64,000 bases of DNA, taken from Eledone cirrhosa. Lineage: Eukaryota. Position 1 is the first letter of the stretch; the number at the start of each line of letters is the position of its first letter. Positions 45,280-57,388 of this stretch are shown one piece after another. Location of the stretch: contig OZ024740.1 of assembly GCA_964016885.1 (NCBI GenBank), positions 416,020,001 through 416,084,000 on the forward strand, given 5' to 3'. A program made the position numbers and the translations under genes. The notes beneath the pieces are model-generated. The model was not told the origin of the DNA. It worked only from the letters and a program-made list of their open reading frames with translations, and searched no databases.

Positions 45280-48200
45280 CTACGCAAACCTTTAGAATTG
45301 CTAAATTTATTAACTACTCAAACCTTTAGAATTGCTAAATTTATTTACTACTCAAACCTTTAGAATTGCTAAATTTATTCACTACTCAAACCTTTAGAAT
45401 TGCTAAATTTATTCACTACTCAAACCTTTAGAATTTACTAAATTTATTTCCTACTCAAACCTTTAGAATTGCTAAATTTATTTACTACTCAAACCTTTAG
45501 AATTGCTAAATTTATTTACTACTCAAACCTTTAGAATTGCTAAATTTATTAACTATTCAAACCTATAGAATTGCTAAAATTATTTACTACTCAAACCTTT
45601 AGAATTGCTAAATTTATTTACTACTCAAACCTTTAGAATTGATAAATTTATTTACTACTCAAACCTTTAGAATTGATAAATTTATTTACTATTCAATCCT
45701 TTAGAATTGCTAAATTTATTTACTACTCAAACCTTTAGAATTGCTAAATTTATTTACTACTCAAACCTTTAGAATTGCTAAATTTATTAACTACTCAAAC
45801 CTTTAGAATTGCTAAATTTATTTACTACTCAAACCTTTAGAATTGCTAAATTTATTTCATACTCAAACCTTTAGAATTGCTAAATTTATTCACTACTCAA
45901 ACCTTTAGAATTGCGAAATTTATTTACTACTCAAACCTTTAGAATTGCTAAATTTATTAACTACTCAAACCTTCAGAATTGCTAAATTTATTAACTACTC
46001 AAACCTTTAGAATTGCTAAATTTATTTACTACTCAAACCTTTAGTATTGCTATATTTATTACTACTCAAACCTTTAGAATTGCTAAATTTATTAACTACT
46101 CAAACCTTTAGAATTGCTAAATTTATTTACTACTCAAACCTTTAGAATTGCTAAATTTATTTACTATTCAAACCTTTAGAATTGATGAATTTATTTACTA
46201 CTCAAACCTTTAGAATTGCTAAATTTATTTACTACTCAAACCTTTAGAATTGCTAAATTTATTACTACGCAAACCTTTAGAATTGCTAAATTTATTAACT
46301 ACTCAAACCTTTAGAATTGCTAAATTTATTTACTACTCAAACCTTTAGAATTGCTAAATTTATTCACTACAAACCTTTAGAATTGCTAAATTTATTCACT
46401 ACTCAAACCTTTTGAATTGCTAAATTTATTTACTACTCAAACCTTTAGAATTGCTAAATTTATTTACTATTCAAACCTTTAGAATTGCTAAATTTATTTA
46501 CTAGTCACACCTTTAGAATTGCTAAATGTATTTACTACTCACACCTTTAGAATTGCTATATTTATTTACTAATCGAACCTTTAGAATTGCTAAATTTATT
46601 TACTATTCAAACCTTTAGAATTGCTAAATTTATTTACTAGTCACACCTTTAGAATTGCTAAATGTATTTACTACTCATACCTTTAGAATTGCTAAATTTA
46701 TTTACTACTCAAACCTTTAGAATTGCTAAATTTATTTACTACTCAAACCTTTAGAATTGCTAAATTTATTAACTACTCAAACCTTTAGAATTGCTAAATG
46801 ATTTACACCTCAAACCTTTGGAATTGCTATATTTATTACTACTGAAACCTTTAGAATTGCTAAATTTATTAACTACTCAAACCTTTAGAATTGCTAAATT
46901 TATTTACTACTCAAACCTTTAGAATTGTTAAATTTATTCACTACTCAAACCTTTAGAATTGCTAAATTTATTCACTACTCAAACTTTTAGAATTGCTCAA
47001 ATTATTTACTACTCAAACCTTTAGAATTGCTAAATTTATTTACTACTCAAACCTTTAGAATTGCTAAATTTATTTACTACTCAAACCATTAGAATTGATG
47101 AATTTATTTACTACTCAAACCTTTAGAATTGCTAAATTTATTTACTACTCAAACCTTTAGAATTGCTAAATTTATTTACTACTCAAACTTTTGAATTGCT
47201 AAATTTATTCACTACTCAAACCTTTAGAATTGCTAAATTTATTTACTACTCAAACCTTTAGAATTGCTAAATTTATTTACTACTCAAACCTTTTGAATTG
47301 CTTAATTTATTCACTACTCAAACCTTTAGAATTGCTAAATTTATTTACTACTCAAACCTTTAGAATTACTAAATTTATTAACTACTCAAATCTTTAGAAT
47401 TGCTCAAATTATTTACTACTCAAACCTTTAGAATTGCTAAATTTATTTACTATTGAAACCTTTAGAATTGCTAAATTAATTTACTACTCAAACCTTTAGA
47501 ATTGCTAAATTTATTTACTACTCAAACCTTTAGAATTGCTAAACTTATTTACTACTCAAACCTTTAGAATTGCTAAATTTATTAACTATTCAAACCTATA
47601 GAATTGCTAAAATTATTTACTACTCAAACCTTTAGAATTGCTAAAAATTTTTACTACTCAAACCTTTAGAATTGCTAAATTTATTACTACTCAAACCTTT
47701 AGAATTGCTAAATTTATTAACTACTCAAACCTTTAGAATTGCTAAATTTATTTACTACTCAAACCTTTAGAATTGCTAAATTTATTTACTACTCAAACCT
47801 TTTGAATTGCTAAATTTATTCACTACTCAAACCTTTAGAATTGCTAAATTTATTTACTACTCAACCTTTAGAATTGCTAAATTTATTTACTATTGAAACC
47901 TTTAGAATTGCTAAATTTATTTACTACTCAAACCTTTAGAATTGCTAAATGTATTTACTACTCACACTTTTAGAATTGCTAAATTTATTTACTACTCAAA
48001 CCTTTAGAATTGCTAAATTTATTTACTACTCAAACCTTTAGAATTGCTAAATTTATTAACTATTCAAACCTATAGAATTGCTAAAATTATTTACTACTCA
48101 AACCTTTAGAATTGCTAAATTTATTTACTACTCAAACCTTTAGAATTGATAAATTTATTTACTACTCAAACCTTTAGAATTGCTAAATTTATTTACTATT

Positions 48201-51200
48201 CAATCATTTAGAATTGCTAAATTTATTTACTACTCAAACCTTTAGAATTGCTAAATTTATTCACTACTCAAACCTTTAGAATTGCTAAATTTATTTACTA
48301 CTCAAACCTTTAGAATTGCTAAATTTATTTACTATTCAAACCTTTAGAATTGCTAAATTTATTAACTACTCAAACCTTTAGAATTGCTAAATGTATTTAC
48401 TACTCAAATCTTTGGAATTGCTAAATTTATTTACTACTCAAACCTTTAGAATTGCTAAATTTATTTACTACTCAAACCTTTTGAATTGATGAATTTATTT
48501 ACTACTCAAACCTTTAGAATTGCTAAATTTATTTACTCTTCAAACCTTTAGAATTGCTAAATTTATTACTACTCAAACCTTTAGAATTGCTAAATTTATT
48601 AACTACTCAAACCTTTAGAATTGCTAAATTTATTCACTACTCAACCTTTAGAATTGCTAAATTTATTCACTACTCAAACCTTTTGAATTGCTAAATTTAT
48701 TTACTACTCAAACCTTTAGAATTGCTAAATTTATTTACTATTCAAACCTTTAGAATTGCTAAATTTATTAACTACTCAAACCTTTAGAATTGCTAAATGT
48801 ATTTACTACTCAAACCTTTGGAATTGCTAAATTTATTACTACTCAAACCTTTAGAATTGCTAAATTTATTAACTACTCAAACCTTTAGAATTGCTAAATT
48901 TATTTACTACTGAAACCTTTAGAATTGCTAAATTTATTCACTACTCAAACCTTTAGAATTGCTAAATTTATTCACTACTCAAACCTTTTGAATTGCTAAA
49001 TTTATTTACTACTCAAACCTTTAGAATTGCTAAATTTATTAACTACTCAAATCTTTAGAATTGCTCAAATTATTTACTACTCAAACCTTTAGAATTGCTA
49101 AATTTATTTACTATTCAAACCTTTAGAATTGCTAAATTTATTTACTACTCAAACCTTTAGAATTGCCAAATGTATTTACTACTAACACCTTTAGAATTGC
49201 TAAATTTATTTACTACTCAAACCTTCAGAATTGCTAAATTTATTTACTACTCAAACCTTTAGAATTGCTAAATTTATTAACTACTCAAATCTTTAGAATT
49301 GCTAAACGTATTTACTACTCAAACCTTTGGAATTGCTAAATTTATTTACTACTCAAACCTTTAGAATTGCAAAATTTATTTACTACTCAAACCATTAGAA
49401 TTGATGAATTTATTTACTACTCAAACCTTTAGAATTTCTAAATTTATTTACTACTCAAACCTTTAGAATTGCTAAATTTATTACTAGTCAAACCTTTAGA
49501 ATTTCTAAATTTATTAACTACTCAAACCTTTAGAATTGCTAAATTTATTTACTACTCAAACCTTTAGAATTGCTAAATTTATTTACTACTCAAACCTTTT
49601 GAATTGCTAAATTTATTCACTACTCAAACCTTTAGAATTGCTAAATTTATTCACTACTCAAACCTTTAGAATTGCTAAATTTATTTCCTGCTCAAACCTT
49701 TAGAATTGCTAAATTTATTTACTACTCAAACCTTTAGAATTGCTAAATTTATTTACTACTCAAACCTTTAGAATTGCTAAATTTATTAACTATTTGAACC
49801 TATAGAATTGCTAAAATTATTTACTACTCAAACCTTTAGAATTGCTAAATTTATTTACTACTCAAACCTTTAGAATTGATAAATTTATTTACTACTCAAA
49901 CCTTTAGAATTGCTAAATTTATTTACTATTCAATCCTTTAGAATTGCTAAATTTATTTACTACTCAAACCTTTAGAATTGCTAAATTTATTTACTACTCA
50001 AACCTTTAGAATTGCTAAATTTATTAACTACTCAAACCTTTAGAATTGCTAAATTTATTTACTACTCAAACCTTTAGAATTGCTAAATTTATTTCATACT
50101 CAAACCTTTAGAATTGGTAAATTTATTCACTACTCAAACCTTTAGAATTGCTAAATTTATTTACTACTCAAACCTTTAGAATTGCTAAATTTATTAACTA
50201 CTCAAACCTTCAGAATTGCTAAATTTATTAACTACTCAAACCTTTAGAATTGCTAAATTTATTTACTACTCAAACCTTTAGTATTGCTATATTTATTACT
50301 ACTCAAACCTTTAGAATTGCTAAATTTATTAACTACTCAAACCTTTAGAATTTCTAAATTTATTTACTACTCAAACCTTTAGAATTGCTAAATTTATTTA
50401 CTATTCAAACCTTTAGAATTGATGAATTTATTTACTACTCAAACCTTTAGAATTGCTAAATTTATTTACTACTCAAACCTTTAGAATTGCTAAATTTATT
50501 ACTACGCAAACCTTTAGAATTGCTAAATTTATTAACTACTCAAACCTTTAGAATTGCTAAATTTATTTACTACTCAAACCTTTAGAATTACTAAATTTAT
50601 TCACTACTCAAACCTTTAGAATTGCTAAATTTATTCACTACTCAAACCTTTAGAATTTACTAAATTTATTTCCTACTCAAACCTTTAGAATTGCTAAATT
50701 TATTTACTACTCAAACCTTTAGAATTGCTAAATTTATTTACTACTCAAACCTTTAGAATTGATAAATTTATTAACTATTCAAACCTATAGAATTGCTAAA
50801 ATTATTTACTACTCAAACCTTTAGAATTGCTAAATTTATTTACTACTCAAACCTTTAGAATTGATAAATTTATTTACTACTCAAACCTTTAGAATTGCTA
50901 AATTTATTTACTATTCAATCCTTTAGAATTGCTAAATTTATTTACTACTCAAACCTTTAGAATTGCTAAATTTATTTACTACTCAAACCTTTAGAATTGC
51001 TAAATTTATTAACTACTCAAACCTTTAGAATTGCTAAATTTATTTACTACTCAAACCTTTAGAATTGCTAAATTTATTTCATACTCAAACCTTTAGAATT
51101 GGTAAATTTATTCACTACTCAAACCTTTAGGATTGCTAAATTTATTTACTACTCAAACCTTTAGAATTGCTAAATTTATTAACTACTCAAACCTTCAGAA

Positions 51201-52200
51201 TTGCTAAATTTATTAACTACTCAAACCTTTAGAATTGCTAAATTTATTTACTACTCAAACCTTTAGTATTGCTATATTTATTACTACTTAAACCTTTAGA
51301 ATTGCTAAATTTATTAACTACTCAAACCTTTAGAATTGCTAAATTTATTTACTACTCAAACCTTTAGAATTGCTAAATTTATTTACTATTCAAACCTTTA
51401 GAATTGATGAATTTATTTACTACTCAAACCTTTAGAATTGCTAAATTTATTTACTACTCAAACCTTTAGAATTGCTAAATTTATTACTACGCAAACCTTT
51501 AGAATTGCTAAATTTATTAACTACTCAAACCTTTAGAATTGCTAAATTTATTTACTACTCAAACATTTAGAATTGCTAAATTTATTCAGTACTCAAACCT
51601 TTAGAATTGCTAAATTTATTCACTACTCAAACCTTTTGAATTGCTAAATTTATTTACTACTCAATCCTTTAGAATTGCTAAATTTATTTACTATTCAAAC
51701 CTTTAGAATTGCTAAATTTATTTACTAGTCACACCTTTAGAATTGCTAAATGTATTTACTACTCACACCTTTAGAATTGCTAAATTTATTTACTAATCGA
51801 ACCTTTAGAATTGCTAAATTTATTTACTATTCAAACCTTTAGAATTGCTAAATTTATTTACTAGTCACACCTTTAGAATTGCTAAATGTATTTACTACTC
51901 ATACCTTTAGAATTGCTAAATTTATTTACTACTCAAACCTTTAGAATTGCTAAATTTATTTACTACTCAAACCTTTAGAATTGCTAAATTTATTAACTAC
52001 TCAAACCTTTAGAATTGCTAAATGATTTACTACTCAAACCTTTGGAATTGCTATATTTATTACTACTCAAACCTTTAGAATTGCTAAATTTATTAACTAC
52101 TCAAACCTTTAGAATTGCTAAATTTATTTACTACTCAAACCTTTAGAATTGCTAAATTTATTCACTACTCAAACCTTTAGAATTGCTAAATTTATTCACT
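45280..52200 (+). repeat. Long-range copy of blocks from ~25.4-30.1 kb (offset ~19.9 kb) followed by ~22.2-24.8 kb (offset 27.4 kb)
   Basis: Offset 19872: CTTCAG at 29351/49223, GCAAAATTT at 29497/49369, CCTG at 29815/49687. Offset 27400: TTTCTAAATT at 22951/50351, ACTACGCAAA at 23101/50501, TAGAATTTAC at 23251/50651, TACTAATCGA at 24391/51791. Confidence 0.85.
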
Positions 52201-54348
52201 ACTCAAACCTTTAGAATTGCTAAATTTATTTACTACTCAAACCTTTAGAATTGCTAAATTTATTTACTACTCAAACCATTAGAATTGATAAATTTATTTA
52301 CTACTCAAACCTTTAGAATTGCTAAATTTATTTACTACTCAAACCTTTAGAATTGCTAAATTTATTACTAGTCAAACCTTTAGAATTTCTAAATTTATTA
52401 ACTACTCAAACCTTTAGAATTGCTAAATTTATTCACTACTCAAACCTTTAGAATTGCTAAATTTATTCACTACTCAAACCTTTAGAATTGCTAAATTTAT
52501 TTCCTACTCAAACCTTTAGAATTGCTAAATTTATTTACTACTCAAACCTTTAGAATTGCTAAATTTATTTACTACTCAAACCTTTAGAAATGCTAAATTT
52601 ATTCACTACTCAAACCTTTAGAATTGCTAAATTTATTCACTACTCAAACCTTTTGAATTGCTAAATTTATTTACTACTCAAACCTTTAGAATTGCTAAAT
52701 TTATTAACTACTCAAATCTTTAGAATTGCTCAAATTATTTACTACTCAAACCTTTAGAATTGCTAAATTTATTTACTATTCAAACCTTTAGAATTGCTAA
52801 ATTTATTTACTACTCAAACCTTTAGAATTGCTAAATGTATTTACTACTAACACCTTTAGAATTGCTAAATTTATTTACTACTCAAACCTTTAGAATTGCT
52901 AAATTTATATACTACTCAAACCATTAGTGTTGCTAAATTTATTAACTACTCAAACCTTTAGAATTGCTAAACCTATTTACTACTCAAACCATTAGAATTG
53001 ATGAATTTATTTACTACTCAAACCTTTAGAATTGCTAAATTTTTTTACTACTCAAACCTTTAGAATTGCTAAATTTATTACTACTCAAACCTTTAGAATT
53101 GCTAAATTTATTAACTACTCAAACCTTTAGAATTGCTAAATTTATTTACTACTCAAACCTTTAGAATTGCTAAATTTATTCACTACTCAAACCTTAAGAA
53201 TTGCTAAATTTATTTACTACTCAAACCTTTAGAATTACTAAATTTATTAACTATTGAAACCTTTAGAATTGCTAAATTTATTTACTACTCAAACCTTTAG
53301 AATTGCTAAATGTATTTACTACTCACACTTTTAGAATTGCTAAATTTATTTACTACTCAAACCTTTAGAATTGCTAAATTTATTTACTACTCAAACCTTT
53401 AGAATTGCTAAATTTATTAACTATTCGAACCTATAGAATTGCTAAAATTATTTACTACTCAAACCTTTAGAATTGCTAAATTTTTTTACTACTCAAACCT
53501 TTAGAATTGCTAAATTTATTTACTACTCAAACCTTTAGAATTGCTAAATTTATTTACTACTCAAACCTTTAGAATTGATAAATTTATTAACTATTCAAAC
53601 CTATAGAATTGCTAAAATTATTTACTACTCAAACCTTTAGAATTGCTAAATTTATTTACTACTCAAACCTTTAGAATTGATAAATTTATTTACTACTCAA
53701 ACCTTTAGAATTGCTAAATTTATTTACTATTCAATCCTTTAGAATTGCTAAATTTATTTACTACTCAAACCTTTAGAATTGCTAAATTTATTTACTACTC
53801 AAACCTTTAGAATTGCTAAATTTATTAACTACTCAAACCTTTAGAATTGCTAAATTTATTTACTACTCAAACCTTTAGAATTGCTAAATTTATTTCATAC
53901 TCAAACCTTTAGAATTGGTAAATTTATTCACTACTCAAACCTTTAGAATTGCTAAATTTATTTACTACTCAAACCTTTAGAATTGCTAAATTTATTAACT
54001 ACTCAAACCTTCAGAATTGCTAAATTTATTAACTACTCAAACCTTTAGAATTGCTAAATTTATTTACTACTCAAACCTTTAGTATTGCTATATTTATTAC
54101 TACTCAAACCTTTAGAATTGCTAAATTTATTAACTACTCAAACCTTTAGAATTGCTAAATTTATTTACTACTCAAACCTTTAGAATTGCTAAATTTATTT
54201 ACTATTCAAACCTTTAGAATTGATGAATTTATTTACTACTCAAACCTTTAGAATTGCTAAATTTATTTACTACTCAAACCTTTAGAATTGCTAAATTTAT
54301 TACTACGCAAACCTTTAGAATTGCTAAATTTATTAACTACTCAAACCT

Positions 54349-57300
54349 TTAGAATTGCTAAATTTATTTACTACTCAAACCTTTAGAATTGCTAAATTTA
54401 TTCAGTACTCAAACCTTTAGAATTGCTAAATTTATTCACTACTCAAACCTTTTGAATTGCTAAATTTATTTACTACTCAAACCTTTAGAATTGCTAAATT
54501 TATTTACTATTCAAACCTTTAGAATTGCTAAATTTATTTACTAGTCACACCTTTAGAATTGCTAAATGTATTTACTACTCACACCTTTAGAATTGCTAAA
54601 TTTATTTACTAATCGAACCTTTAGAATTGCTAAATTTATTTACTATTCAAACCTTTAGAATTGCTAAATTTATTTACTAGTCACACCTTTAGAATTGCTA
54701 AATGTATTTACTACTCATACCTTTAGTATTGCTAAATTTATTTACTACTCAAACCTTTAGAATTGCTAAATTTATTTAGTACTCAAACCTTTAGAATTGC
54801 TAAATTTATTAACTACTCAAACCTTTAGAATTGCTAAATGATTTACTACTCAAACCTTTGGAATTGCTATATTTATTACTACTCAAACCTTTAGAATTGC
54901 TAAATTTATTAACTACTCAAACCTTTAGAATTGCTAAATTTATTTACTACTCAAACCTTTAGAATTGCTAAATTTATTCACTACTCAAACCTTTAGAATT
55001 GCTAAATTTATTCACTACTCAAACTTTTAGAATTGCTCAAATTATTTACTACTCAAACCTTTAGAATTGCTAAATTTATTCACTACTCAAACCTTTAGAA
55101 TTGCTAAATTTATTCACTACTCAAACCTTTAGAATTGCTAAATTTATTTCCTACTCAAACCTTTAGAATTGCTAAATTTATTTACTACTCAAACCTTTAG
55201 AATTGCTAAATTTATTTACTACTCAAACCTTTAGAAATGCTAAATTTATTCACTACTCAAACCTTTAGAATTGCTAAATTTATTCACGACTCAAACCTTT
55301 TGAATTGCTAAATTTATTTACTACTCAAACCTTTAGAATTGCTAAATTTATTAACTACTCAAATCTTTAGAATTGCTCAAATTATTTACTACTCAAACCT
55401 TTAGAATTGCTAAATTTATTTACTATTCAAACCTTTAGAATTGCTAAATTTATTTACTACTCAAACCTTTAGAATTGCTAAATGTATTTACTACTAACAC
55501 CTTTAGAATTGCTAAATTTATTTACTACTCAAACCTTTAGAATTGCTAAATTTATATACTACTCAAACCATTAGTGTTGCTAAATTTATTAACTACTCAA
55601 ACCTTTAGAATTGCTAAACCTATTTACTACTCAAACCATTAGAATTGATGAATTTATTTACTACTCAAACCTTTAGAATTGCTGAATTTTTTTACTACTC
55701 AAACCTTTAGAATTGCTAAATTTATTACTACTCAAACCTTTAGAATTGCTAAATTTATTAACTACTCAAACCTTTAGAATTGCTAAATTTATTTACTACT
55801 CAAAACTTTAGAATTGCTAAATGTATTTACTACTCACACTTTTAGAATTGCTAAATTTATTTACTACTCAAACCTTTAGAATTGCTAAATTTATTCAGTA
55901 CTCAAACCTTTAGAATTGCTAAATTTATTCACTACTCAAACCTTTTGAATTGCTAAATTTATTTACTACTCAAACCTTTAGAATTGCTAAATTTATTTAC
56001 TATTCAAACCTTTAGAATTGCTAAATTTATTTACTAGTCACACCTTTAGAATTGCTAAATGTATTTACTACTCACACCTTTAGAATTGCTAAATTTATTT
56101 ACTAATCGAACCTTTAGAATTGCTAAATTTATTTACTATTCAAACCTTTAGAATTGCTAAATTTATTTACTAGTCACACCTTTAGAATTGCTAAATGTAT
56201 TTACTACTCATACCTTTAGTATTGCTAAATTTATTTACTACTCAAACCTTTAGAATTGCTAAATTTATTTAGTACTCAAACCTTTAGAATTGCTAAATTT
56301 ATTAACTACTCAAACCTTTAGAATTGCTAAATGATTTACTACTCAAACCTTTGGAATTGCTATATTTATTACTACTCAAACCTTTAGAATTGCTAAATTT
56401 ATTAACTACTCAAACCTTTAGAATTGCTAAATTTATTTACTACTCAAACCTTTAGAATTGCTAAATTTATTCACTACTCAAACCTTTAGAATTGCTAAAT
56501 TTATTCACTACTCAAACTTTTAGAATTGCTCAAATTATTTACTACTCAAACCTTTAGAATTGCTAAATTTATTCACTACTCAAACCTTTAGAATTGCTAA
56601 ATTTATTCACTACTCAAACCTTTAGAATTGCTAAATTTATTTCCTACTCAAACCTTTAGAATTGCTAAATTTATTTACTACTCAAACCTTTAGAATTGCT
56701 AAATTTATTTACTACTCAAACCTTTAGAAATGCTAAATTTATTCACTACTCAAACCTTTAGAATTGCTAAATTTATTCACGACTCAAACCTTTTGAATTG
56801 CTAAATTTATTTACTACTCAAACCTTTAGAATTGCTAAATTTATTAACTACTCAAATCTTTAGAATTGCTCAAATTATTTACTACTCAAACCTTTAGAAT
56901 TGCTAAATTTATTTACTATTCAAACCTTTAGAATTGCTAAATTTATTTACTACTCAAACCTTTAGAATTGCTAAATGTATTTACTACTAACACCTTTAGA
57001 ATTGCTAAATTTATTTACTACTCAAACCTTTAGAATTGCTAAATTTATATACTACTCAAACCATTAGTGTTGCTAAATTTATTAACTACTCAAACCTTTA
57101 GAATTGCTAAACCTATTTACTACTCAAACCATTAGAATTGATGAATTTATTTACTACTCAAACCTTTAGAATTGCTGAATTTTTTTACTACTCAAACCTT
57201 TAGAATTGCTAAATTTATTACTACTCAAACCTTTAGAATTGCTAAATTTATTAACTACTCAAACCTTTAGAATTGCTAAATTTATTTACTACTCAAAACT

Positions 57301-57388
57301 TTAGAATTGCTAAATGTATTTACTACTCACACTTTTAGAATTGCTAAATTTATTTACTACTCAAACCTTTAGAATTGCTAAATTTATT
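54349..57388 (+). repeat. Near-identical 1493-bp (44-monomer) tandem duplication
   Basis: TTCAGT at 54401 and 55894, CACGACTC at 55285 and 56778, and CAAAACT at 55801 and 57294, all at offset 1493. Confidence 0.92.
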
